Positions 1 to 11,558 of a stretch of 64,000 nt of DNA are shown here, in pieces (position 1 is the first letter of the stretch; each line of letters begins with the position of its first letter). The position numbers and the translations under genes are program-made. Location: assembly GCA_012026655.1 (NCBI GenBank), contig JAAILG010000039.1, forward strand, positions 1-64,000, written 5' to 3'. Below the pieces are notes generated by a model that searched no databases, had not been told where the DNA came from, and saw nothing but the letters and a program-made list of their open reading frames with translations. Source of the stretch: Hydrolagus affinis. Lineage: Eukaryota.

Positions 1-300
1 GGGGGAGAGAGACGGCTGTGGGGGGAGGGGGAGAGAGACGGCTGGGGGATGGGGAGGGAGAGAGAGACGGCGGGGGGGGAGGGGGAGAGAGACGGCTGGG
101 GGTGGTGGGGGGGGAGAGAGACGGCGGGGAACGGGGGTGGGAGAGAGGGACGGCGGCGGGACGGGGGGTGGTGGGGGGAGAGACGGGGTGGATGTGATAA
201 TATAGATAGAGATGGGGGGGATGTGAGAGAGGAGAGAAACACAGAGACACAGAGAGAAAAACATAGAGATGGGGAGAGTGAGTGTGAGAGACACAGAGAG
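1..300 (+). repeat. G/A-rich minisatellite (units like GGGGGAGAGAGACGG) grading into (GA)n-like sequence
   Basis: Direct reading of repeated purine-rich units. Confidence 0.85.
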
Positions 301-309
301 AAAAAGATA

Positions 310-481
310 TTTACCTCCTGAGGAGATAGGCCCCAAATGCGCGCGCACCCCGAATGCGCATGCACCCCGAATGAGCACATGCGCAGTACGAAAAAGCCGA
401 AATTATCGATATTTCGGTATATCTCGATATGAGCCCGTCGATATATCTAAATCGGAAAATTTTCATATCGACGGAACCTAG
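310..481 (+). mobile_element. Possible 3' terminus of a non-autonomous Helitron-like element
   Basis: CpG-rich block; hairpin CCGTCGATAT (435-444)/ATATCGACGG (465-474), then CTAG (478-481) followed by T. Confidence 0.4.
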
Positions 482-780
482 TGTCCACATTGTTCCTCTA
501 CAATGACCTGGTGTCATGCCACAAGCAACTGCAGCACAAAGCAGACAAAGAAAACAAATGTTTACATAGAAGGATTTATAATTTGCCCAATTATTCCATT
601 ACTGTAAAGCTATGTGTAAAGCTATATGTAAATGTATGGATACGAATTCCACCTTCGTCACGATTTACTATATTAACGTAGCATTTGAGAGTGTGCCAAA
701 TTTGGAAACTTGTGCGGTTTAGTTTTCACTTTGCAGCCCTTTTTTAGTTTGTAAAATAACACAGAAAACTGTATTTCACA

Positions 781-1315
781 AATAATAATCGTTGCAGTTG
801 ATATTGTTCCTTATCATATCTTCGAGATGTCTCAAAATGCTTCACAGAATATATTGTAAAGTGAATTGACTGTACATCTTATGAGCAAAATGTAGCAGCC
901 AATTGCGCTCAGCATTGTCCCACAAACAGTCATAGATCGCGTGACCATATTATTATTTATTTATTATTAATTTGGAAGGAATTATTACACCCAGAAAAGA
1001 GATCCACCGGTGGACTAATAACCAGGTTTCTACTTACTGATAATAATAATCAATAATCCTTGCATTTAATATGGCACTTTTCACATCTTCTAGATGTCTC
1101 AAAGCACTTCACAGAATATACTGTAAAGTGAATTGACTGCATATTTGTGGGCAAAACGCGGCAGCCAATTGCACACCGCAGTGTCCAACTAAGAGTTTGC
1201 AGATTGAAGTGACCAATTTTTTTTTCTTGAAGGATTATTATCAGGAGTGCAGAGTAAGGAAACTTGCCCATTGTTTTGCCCTGCTGGTAAACAGAAGCAA
1301 TGTGGAGCAAGGAAA
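781..1315 (-). mobile_element. Two nested tRNA-derived Deu-domain SINE copies (1042-1280 inside an older, longer copy)
   Basis: Reverse complement of the SINE at 9917-10217; (TAA)n tails at 781 and 1042. Confidence 0.75.
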
Positions 1316-2594
1316 ACAGATTGAAATTCTAAAATGCTATATTCATAGAGAAAATCTAAACCAAGATGGAATTTCTACACAGGATTGAGTGAACACCTCA
1401 AAATCATTATTTGTTAAGATACAAGAACAGAGGTTTGTGAAAGGAAGATTTATAACAATAATAATAATCGTTGCATTTGATGTAGAGTCTTATCACGTCT
1501 TGGAGACGTCTTAAAGCGCTTCACAGAATATACTGTAAAGTGGAAAGAATGTATTTTGTGAGTATATTTAGATGTAACATTTTTACTGCTATAGTAAAAT
1601 AAATTTAAATAAAAGGTAAATATAATACTGGACTGCTTTGTTAAATCAATGGAAATTGTATCAGAATATAAGGTGTTTGTCTAACCCTAGAAGTGGGTAT
1701 TGTTTTGATGATGCTTGAGGATGATTATTATTGGTACGAGTTCCTTAAATCTTTAAAATTGTGGATTAATCTGGCTTGGTGATTTATTGGGATTTATAAC
1801 TCCTTTCAAGAAAGAAATTATTCTATGCTTTCTGTCACAAACAATGCCAATTTAACCTCTGATGGATTGAATGGCCGTTTCTCATATCATCTTTGGTTCT
1901 TCATAAACATTATTATTATAATTTGTATCAAAATGCAAATTTAAGTGTCCAAAGAAACTTACATCTGTATATAAATGTCTCTTTCTGTTATCTTTACTCT
2001 GCAAGCCACATTTCATGATAATATTGTTGTGTCATTAAGTGTTAATTTAAAACATGTCATTTTTTCACTGCATATTACATAAAAGACTTAGCGTATATTT
2101 CAATATTAATTTGATAACTTCATGAAATACAAGAGAGAACTGCTTTGACTTAAATACAAATGAAACTTCCACTGTGATTTACACATTTGTTTATCAGAAT
2201 AGAGTATGACACAAAATAATAAATGTATTATTGTACGTTGAATAAAGATCATTCTTGGGTTTCTATGAGAGTTTACAATAGGTAATGCTAACTCGGTGAC
2301 TAGAGTGGCAGAGAGTTGCTTGGGATCCAGCTCAAAGTTTTGCAAATTCCAATTGCAGGCTTAATTGACATTCCAACATTACACTCATTACTGTCCACTG
2401 AATGAAATAGTGCTCAAGAATATTATATTGTGGGAAGAGGAAGAACCATTGACACCTTACAAAAGCATCGCTCAATCAGTTATTTCTGGTATGGCTTTCC
2501 AAGGGAGCAGTTTCCGACAACAGATTAAAGGGTATCCTTATTGCAATCAACTAATTTCTTATTATGCAATTAGATGACACTTGAAATTTACAAT

Positions 2595-2790
2595 TTAATT
2601 AGCTCAGCTTAGTATGTCAACTTGGCTTAGTGCTCACTCTGAGTTGTGGCTTCAAGCTCCCCCATCATGACTTTGAAGTTGGCACTCCAGTGCAGTGTGG
2701 TTTTGTTGGAGGTACAGTTATTTAGATGAAATGTAAAACCAAATTCCGTCTGTTGAATTGGATTTTAAAGATCCTGTGGCACTACTCTAC
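2595..2790 (+). mobile_element. Old DeuSINE/SacSINE-like fragment
   Basis: ACTCCAGTGCAGT..GGAGGT..AGATGA..AAACC..AAAGATCC..GGCACT; related copies at ~53490-53700 (+) and ~31640-31830 (-). Confidence 0.55.
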
Positions 2791-2977
2791 TTGGACGTCT
2801 TTCTGACATGAAGGTTATTATTCAAGCATAATTTGTTGTTGCGGTAGTACTCATGGCACTTTGAAAATCTTCACTTGGTTCTTTGTGGAGCATTTGCTAT
2901 ATGGAAATTGTCTGTCATTTTCCCTACAACATACTGTATGCAGTCATTACAATTGTGAGGAAGGCACTAGATCAAAT

Positions 2978-3110
2978 TCTGTCAAAGGGTCGTGGACCCC
3001 AAACGTTGACACACTTTCCTTTCTCTATGGACTCTGCCTGACCTGCTGAGTTTTCCCAGCAACTTCTGTTTTTGCTTCAGATTTCCAGGATCTGCAGTAT
3101 TTTGTGTTTT
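2978..3110 (+). mobile_element. Penelope-like element fragment with a 14-bp target-site duplication
   Basis: Flanked by GCACTAGATCAAAT (2964-2977 and 3111-3124); contains TGCCTGACCTGCTGAG shared with the copy at 47790-47880. Confidence 0.7.
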
Positions 3111-4223
3111 GCACTAGATCAAATGTATGTTTTACTAATACCGTGAACTACACATCCAACTTCCTTCTGTTATTTATCGTCATTTACCAAGAAAATCACA
3201 ATTTCTGTTCACTGTAGGAGAACACCTTTTTAGCCCCAGTATTAAATTGAATGGTTTAAGTCATTCATGTACAACGACAATCGGTAACTGTGTAAAAAAT
3301 GTATCATTACATTCATTGATGGAATAAATAATAAATAATAATCCTTGCATTTGAAATAGCATTTTGACATCTTGTAGAACTTCTAACTGTTTATGTGGTC
3401 CAGGCAAATCTTATGAAAGCTGTGATTTCCATATCTGCTCTGCTTGTTCCATTTGCATGCTGCATTAAGAGGCCCTAGCTCTTTAACACACAATGAGCTT
3501 CTTTTGTTAATGTTCCCTGGAATATTGCCTAAAATTAAAGTAATATTCTCAACGTTTTAAGACTTCCTCAACCAGAGTTTTGGGTTTAGAAACAAACAAA
3601 CAAATGAATGAATAATAATAAAAACCTGAAATAAAAACAAATGTTGACATTCCATAGTGCAAATTAGCAACTTAAAGAAAAGTTAACACTGTAACTTTGA
3701 ATTTCCTGTGGCTTTCCAACACTACTTTTGATTTTTGTGTTTTAACATCTTTTTATTGCACAAAAGCACTCTGATACGCCACCTGGCTTGGAGGGCGGTA
3801 TATAAATGCAAGATGTTGTTATACAAAAGGCTGTGCAGTCAATCATCTCACACACACAGATAGTAAAGTCTGCCAATAAAGCAGGAACTGGTCTGTTGCC
3901 AAATTTTAGGAAAAAGAAAGACTCTTTTATTGTTTAAGGCTTAGATAGTTATTTTGTGTGAACCTTCCTTGGAAACGGGAACAAATCTTGTCTCTATTCT
4001 CAGAGCAATGTCCGAGAGATTATTCAGCTGCAAGGCTCAAATTTAAACAAGTTTATAACATGGTTAAGTGTTACATTGCAAGTTACTTAAATGCCCTGAG
4101 ACTGTCCTCCAATCTTTTCAAGTGTTGGAATTGTTTTGAAAAGTAGTAAGCAAAAAATAACAGACATAGAAAATATCTTTTCCCAGGGTTGACATTGAAA
4201 CAGCGACCACACAGAAGATTATA

Positions 4224-4342
4224 GGGATTATTATTTGGCATGTGGAGTAAGGAAACTTGCCCAAGGTTTCGCCCTGCCTGGATTCAAACACAGGTCTCAA
4301 GCTTGTAAGCGGACTGCTCTAACCAATGAGCTACAGGACTCC
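4224..4342 (-). mobile_element. SINE 5' (tRNA-like head) fragment
   Basis: Reverse complement GAGTCCTGTAGCTC..GTTTGAATCC..AACCTTGGGCAAGTTTCC matches the SINE head. Confidence 0.75.
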
Positions 4343-5369
4343 TAAGTAGATGTTAAGTGCACACTTATATAATTTGAGCAGCCTCAATTCTTGGAAGAGG
4401 CAGAAGAATCTCATCGCAAAGACTCAATATGGGAATCGGGATCAAAAAATGGTCAATGTTGAGCAAATATTATACATTCAGCAGCAAGCACACTTATGCT
4501 GTGGTTTTCATTTAACCTAAAGATTTTAAGATACAGCTGCATACAAGGCTCAAATAAAAAACGAGTCTTTAAATTCAAATATTTAATATGAACAGGCCAG
4601 AAATTACAATATAAAACTATGCCTATTACATTCCTGAGGATATTTTAGCAAATACTGTTGGAATCCCTCTCTTCATTATTAATTTTTAGGCAGATTTGGA
4701 ATTTTGTTTCTTTCCTCCTGCAGTGAAGGAAGTAAAGAAGGATCGCTGGTACATTGGTCTAAAAATATAATCACTTTACTACAAACAAATCATTCAGAAA
4801 ACAGTGTTTGAAACTCATTCTGAACCACACTAAGTTGAAAGATATCACCCATCCAACTATTTTAGGTATTCAGATGCTCACCATTTTTTACAATAGATTT
4901 TTACGAATTGCCAGTTGTTCAACGTTGCTTGGCTAAAACGTACACGGCCACTACAATATACAGTAAAATCTGTAAAGTGCTTTGAAACAGCCTCCCAAAA
5001 TGAAACTTGCTATATCAAATGCAAGTGTTATTATTTACTTGAAAATGAATCTTATTATATTAATAATACCCTTTTCCCAGTTGAAATGTACATTTCTGAA
5101 ATGCAATACAAAATATAACTATTAAAAGTAACACAATGTCCTTAAATGGTTTAATTGACATACTTTTATTGCTTTTATTGTTTTGATTTAAACTTATTGC
5201 CATAAAAAAACTGGGGAAAATAACATGAACAATTCATACATATGAAATGGCTGGTCACTCTGCAAGTCTATTCTCCCAGTATATTGCTCTGGCTGTAGAT
5301 AGAGTGAGTACCATTTCATTCCTCATGATTCCAGGAAGCAATAAGCACCTAAGTGAAAATAACTAAAGT

Positions 5370-5527
5370 CCCCGTCATTAATCCTTTTCTATCCTTTTTA
5401 TCTTGGGATTCATTCTGTAGCGGCTGATCTCTCTGGAATTTTCAGCCATGAAGAGCAGGAGATGCTGCTGATGCAGTACTGAATAGAACAGACCTTCAGA
5501 TCTTCAGTACAGTAGCCAGCAAAGAAA
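5370..5527 (+). promoter_or_regulatory. LRIT1 proximal promoter/5' UTR with CRX/OTX-type TAATCC site
   Basis: TAATCC at ~5379-5384, about 150 nt before the ATG; function inferred. Confidence 0.4.
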
Positions 5528-8500
5528 ATGTTGCTCAATATTTGCTTATTTTGCTTCTTGATCTTTGGATATTTGACTGTAGCATTCTGCCAATGTCCTT
5601 CCCAGTGCATCTGTAATTTTCACAACCGTAGTGATGGCCTCAAGACAAGGTACCCCAATAATATCTACTTTGTTTGAGATGAGCAAGGGGAAACACTTTC
5701 TCTTCTTATCTTCCTTGAAAATGTTAAATTTTATAAAATAGGAATTCCTATTTGTGATTACAAAAGTTTAATTACAAAGAGTTGATTTATTCCACTTTGA
5801 GGACAAGATTTGATTATTTGGTGTCTATCGTGTATATATATTGTGTTGTAATGGATATTGTGATACAATTCTCATACATATTTACTGCAGATATGATTCT
5901 TAGCTAGAGCAATATTCTGACTTATCCCAACTATATTATTTTTGTTCGAACATGAATTTCTACTAAAATAATAGTAAATATTCAAATACTGCAAGTAATT
6001 GTCTAAATTATAAATGTAAAGTTAGGTTATATGGAAGCAAATATAATAAAAGAGTATTTATTCCCTTGATGCCATTATTCTTTAATTTCTACTTAATGAT
6101 GAGCAATGGTTGTTTTCATCCTTTCTGCTGAACAGATTCCCTTAACTCTCCTTTAATACACTTGCATTTAGATGTTAATGTCTTTGTGTATCTGATAAAT
6201 ATAGAAATGCATTTGATAATAATGTTTTAAGCATTAAATCTATGCTGAAGTGCTTGTATCTAATCTCTGTGCAGTTCTACACTTGGAAAATTGTAAATGT
6301 AGCTCACTGATTTGGTAAGATTTACACAGTATTTTCTGGTTTGAATGGTGATAAACTGTGTTATACACATCTATTTGTAAGTTTAAATTGCCAACTGCTC
6401 ATTGCCCTCTCCTCCACTTCTTGAATAAGATATTATTAAGATATTATAAATAATAACATCAATTTTAAAACTGCAACTTTCTGTTAAAGTGCTCCATCCA
6501 GTGGCGCCATCCACATTCAATGACACCACTTTTTTTTTTCGATGAATGGGGTTAAAAGTAAATAAGCATTTTTTCCTTTCTCATGGTTCATTGATGAAAA
6601 CATGGAGTGCCATAATGATGAATTATGCAAACTAGAAAGTTACTAAGTTAGGTCTTTCTTTGGTGCTGAGTTAGTTTAGCCCAACTGGAGCAAGACTTCA
6701 GTTGGTCTTGGGGTCCAAAGACGAGAGAGGAGATTACTATCCAAAGTGACGTGCTGGAAAGTGTGTGCGTGAACATCAAAAATACATGATCATGCTCAGC
6801 TATGATCACAGTCCAATAGCCTGCTGATATTCTCAATGCAGGCTCCCATGTGAAAAAAAGGCCACAGAAAACTATCATTCCACAACTTAGATGAAAAAGT
6901 GAGAGAGAAAAATTAGAAGAGAAACAAAAAGCACTAGCTAAATGACTGTACTATTTTATCATCTCTTATGCAGAAGATTGTTGATTTTGTAGCTTGATGT
7001 GAATAGTTGAATTAAGTTATATTCTGTTTGATTCCAGGACTGTTCTGTGTAACAACCCAGAAATGACATCAATACCAAACCACATCCCGACTGAAACATT
7101 AAAGCTGGTGATTGAAAAGACACCCATCAGGCGAGTTTCAACCCAAGCGTTTTCCTCGCTGTCCAGTTTGGAGTATCTTTGGTTGTCTTGTAACTCCATC
7201 AGCAATTTCAATGGGCGGTGTTTGCAGGATATGCTGACTTTACGAGAGCTCCGACTGGATGGCAATGCCCTCTCGTCCTTCCCGTGGGAAGCACTCTCCA
7301 ACATTCCACAACTTCGGCTGCTTGATTTGCATGGCAACAGACTCCGTTCATTCCCCATCCAGGCAGTTGCTCACATCAGAAACCTCACCTACCTGGATTT
7401 ATCAAGTAACAGACTGACCACAATTTCATCAGAGGTGATTTTAACCTGGCGGATTGCTCCGTTAGTAGCCAATCCAACTTCATCAACTGACAATTCCAAA
7501 CTTATCATTGGTAAGTATAGTCAGTGCAGACTTGCTGAGTCAAATAACCCGTTTCAGTGCAATGAACTGTGGTGGATGCTGAATCTATCTTGTCTGTGCT
7601 TTATTGGTGTAATAATGGTGTAACTGTACATTCAAATATATTTTTTGGTCAGCGCGTCTGACACATGCAAAAAATCACCACCATGTTTAAGAGTCACCTA
7701 ACCATGTTGCTGTGAGTTCCCCATATATATGAGCACTCTCTCCCTGGAGGGATACCCCTTATTTACTGAATCCCAAACAGTTTACACATTCAAGTTGGTA
7801 AGAGCCTAGGGTTGAAGACTTGAGTTTGTACAATGGGGGTACTGTTGGAATTTAACTACTGTACTTAAAACCACACTATTTTTAACATAGACAAGTTTGC
7901 TGCTTCTTGTCCTTCAAGGATCTCTCTAAACATTAAAGCTTTGGTTTACAGGATTAACATAAACTGAAAAAATTAACTGAACAAAATTAAATTGGCTCAA
8001 TTTGATGCCCAGGTATCTGACCATGAAGTTAATCCAATGGAGACCTCAATTACCTCTCCTTTAACATGGGAAAAAGTCTCTACGTATTTAAAAATTCAAC
8101 TAAAAAATATAATTGTTTGTATTAAGAATTCTCAGCAATGCAGTATTTTCAAATACTCTTTCTCCAACAGGCCTACAAGACAATCCTTGGCAATGTGACT
8201 GCAGACTCTCAGAACTGGTGCATTTTACTAAAACCTACCACCCATCTATAGCTTTCATCGATTCTCGATTAGTATGTTCAGGGCCAGAAAACCGCTCGGG
8301 ATCTCTCTTTAGTGATACGGAGCTGAGAAAGTGCCAGAGTCCAGTTGTTCACACCTTGAAAGCTAAGATGACCACAATTGTGGGGAGTACCGTGTCACTT
8401 CGGTGTGAGACAAAGGGTAACCCCATTCCTAAACTCAGCTGGAGCAGACAAGGTGGGGGCCAGCTGAATCAAACAGGTGGGTACCTGGTCTCATATTAGA

Positions 8501-11500
8501 AAGATTTTATTTTGAAATTCAGCTTAAATAGCTCCCTGATGGCTCAAAACGTATATTCAGTGAGAAACTGAGCCGCACAAACTGGGAAGATTTCAAATTC
8601 AATGAATGGTCCAGTTAAACCACATTAAGATTGTTGAACCAAAATGTTAGAAGACTGTTCGTGTCTGAAAATCGATCTGGTGGATTATCACTCAACAAAT
8701 TTGCGTTAAAAAAAGTGAATCTCAGTGAATTACTGCATCCTGCAATGGTACAACTTGGCCATTGAATTCAGCTACAACAAAAATTAAACTGCCCATCAAT
8801 TTCATTGTATATGTCATAAAAAAGGATACATCAACGTGATTGATAAAGCAATTTTCTAATTTAGGGCTCAGGTGTTGGTTTTAAACCACTATAGTTTTGT
8901 TTTACATCTTTAGAAACTTTTCATGTTTATGTATTAACCCAAATAACATGGTAATGCACAAATAAAATGAGTTTAAACGTCACATGCAAAATATTCTAAA
9001 ATCCACGACTGTTAGCAGCCACCTCAAGGAGTGTAAAAAGGCAAAATGACAGGTTATTGAGATCTGAAACATTTAAGTCAGTCAGTGAAATTGTACTAAC
9101 CTTTGTTAAACTCCTCTAAAGTGACTTTTACCCCAAATTAACATAGGGTAGAATGACGGAGGTGTCAATAAGTCAGGTCTGACCTGATGTTAGTGATTTT
9201 AGTCAGAACATAAAAAAAAGTGTTCAGTTATCATGTTTCCTTGGGTTCTTTTTCTTCTTGGCTGAGGTATGAAGCCAAACGTGTTGAAAATCTGTGCTGA
9301 AGAGCCCAGGCATGCCTTAGTTTGGCAGACAACCAGCTAAACAAACGTTGCTGACATACACAAACATAAGCATTCAAATCTGCCAGAGCAGAAAGTCTGC
9401 AACAAAGAAGGCAAAGGGAATCTGGCCCCACTATGCCTGCCTTCTCCCTTCACCACCCAGTACAAACAGTGTAGTTGAAAACGGAGTAATTAAAAGGCTG
9501 TCAGTGTACCAGAATAATTCTCTTTCCATTGATTACCGCAGATTTCTGAATGTCACGAATTCTTACAAGAATGCAACTACCCACTACTTTGCGCCTCCCT
9601 ATCCATCCAATCTGCTTACCCCCCCACTCCACCACCCGTTGCCTCTGCATGGCTGCATCCTGAGTACTGTTTGGATCCTCGTCCCCTCGGCTCCACTATC
9701 GGTGGCCGTGCCTTCAGCCATTATGCCCTGAAACTCTGGAACTCCTTAACTCAATCCCAGCCTTGCTTTCAAATCCTGTCTCAGGACATTCCTCTTTGAT
9801 TTTGCTTATGGTCACCTCACACTTCCCAGTCCCTCTGGCCCCGCCACTGTCAAGTGCTCCAGGGCGCTGCCCTGCATGAAGATGCTATATAAATGCAAGT
9901 TGTTGTTGCTGCTGTTGAGTCCTGTAGCTCAGTGGTTGGAGCACTTGCCTCGCAAGTAAAAGACTTGGGTTCGATTCCCGCCAAGGTGAAACCTTGGGCA
10001 AGTTTCCTTATTAACACCTGTTAATAATCCTTCAAAAAATTAAATTGGTCACTTCAATCCATGACTGTTTGCAGGATACTGTTGTGTGCAACTGGCTGCC
10101 ACGTTTTGCCCCAAAATATATATAATCAATTCACTTTACAGTATATTTTGTGAAGGGCTTTGAGACATCTAGAAGATGTGAAAAGCGCTATCTCAATTGC
10201 AAGGATTATTATTATTAATGTTAAAAAGCTATAATTGCATCACTTGTCATTGAGAATACTTTCAAGTTTTCATTGTTTGTCCAGCTGGAACCACTGCTCC
10301 AGGTAGGGCTTTGGTTTGCAGACAGTGGCAAGAATGACATGCTCTGTAAAGAAATGTCTTTATTAAAACAGGTAGAACTATAATGCAGGATCTCTGAGTG
10401 ATTTTGTTTTTTATTGAAGCTGTGTGCTGGGAATGCTTTGTTCATGTGCAATCTAAGGGTTTTGTTTTTATTATTTGTTTTACAGTGATGCAGGACGATT
10501 CTGACCAGATACGAAGGTGGTCTATACTCAGTCTAGCCTCAGCATCTTATGAAGATTCTGGAAAATATGTATGTAGTGCCAGGAATTTTGTCGGGAGTTC
10601 AGATACTTCTGTTTACCTTCTTGTGATGGATTCTGCCAGTACATTGGTACCGATGACTCATAGCATTCACAAACCAATCCAGGCCAGAAAAATGAAAATT
10701 CAAAAGGCAGCTGTGCGAAATGGAAAGCTTGCGGTCAGATATATAGACACAGGGATACCCACGGTGCCCCCAACTAGGCTCAACCCTACCGCTTACATTG
10801 ATGTACAGAGTTATAAAATCAATCGAAATGAGAATCCATCTAGGATTATTGCTCCGAATGTGAATTCGCTGCCTAATAGGTTAACGGAAGATCGAAGAAG
10901 CATTGATGATCCCAATAATATGTTATCCAACCCAATTGCCACGCAACAGGAGCCAGAACGCATTGTCAGATCTGTTAGAGTGATAGGAGACACTTACCAC
11001 ACTGTTACTTTGGCTTGGAGATCACCAAAGGCTACAAACATTACAACTGTTAGCATCCTTTATGCTATATTTGGGGAAAAGGAAATGCGAAGAATCAATG
11101 TTGGCCCTGGAAAGACCAAAATCACCATTGATGGCTTAATGCCACAGACCAAATATATCGCCTGTGTTTGCGTCAAAGGATTAATCCCCAAGAAAAAACA
11201 GTGTGTGATCTTTTCTACAGATGAAGCAGCTAATGCCAATGGGACTCAGAAGCTGATTAATGTGGTGGTGATCACAGTAGCATGTGTGATTGCAGTGCCT
11301 CTCACCCTCATTGTCTGCTGTGGGGCTCTGAAGAGACGTTTCAGGAAGTTTCTGATGAAAGCCCAGAAAGAGGAATTCCAAAATGACTCGTACGTCACAT
11401 TCGAAAGCTTAGCATCAGGGCCAAAGCCCAATGACACAGAGGTAGAAGAGTATCTTGCCAGGCACAATGAGTCCAATAGACTTCTCTCACCACGATCCAG

Positions 11501-11558
11501 TTTAGATTTTGAAGAAACAACCAAAAGCGAACCACAGCAAAATGAATATTTCTGCTGA
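5528..11558 (+). CDS. LRIT1: Leucine-rich repeat, Ig-like and transmembrane domains protein 1 (657 aa); exons 5528-5649, 7038-7510, 8171-8476, 10486-11558
   Basis: All junctions GT-AG and in phase. Signal peptide MLLNICLFC..., LRRNT CPSQCICNFH..RTVLCNNPEM, LRRs, LRRCT GLQDNPWQCDCRL, Ig domain (LRCETKGNP..SGKYVCSARN), FN3, TM (LINVVVITVACVIAVPLTLIVCC), C-terminus NEYFC as I recall for human LRIT1. Order next to LRIT2/CDHR1 fits the known cluster. Confidence 0.95.
6655..6865 (+). mobile_element. Old SINE family B fragment
   Basis: TGCTGAGTTAG..TATCCA..GCTGGAAAGTGTG..AATAGCCTG shared with 13645-13945, 17283-17440 and 54595-54880. Confidence 0.5.
9560..9915 (+). mobile_element. L2-clade LINE 3' fragment
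   Basis: GCCTTCAGCC..CTCTGGAACTCC..TATAAATGCAAG(TTG)n tail; many related copies in the window. Confidence 0.75.
9917..10217 (+). mobile_element. Full-length tRNA-derived Deu-domain SINE
   Basis: A-box TAGCTCAGTGG, B-box GGTTCGATTCC, Deu-like core TGTGCAACTGGCTGCCACGTTT, tail GCAAGG(ATT)n. Confidence 0.85.

Noticed and set aside
49-321. 90-aa Gly/Arg/Glu-rich ORF
   Set aside because: Translation of a purine-rich minisatellite.
9917-9990. tRNA-like sequence with A/B boxes
   Set aside because: It is the head of a multi-copy SINE, not a tRNA gene; same for 4270-4342, 52410-52482 and 55680-55752.
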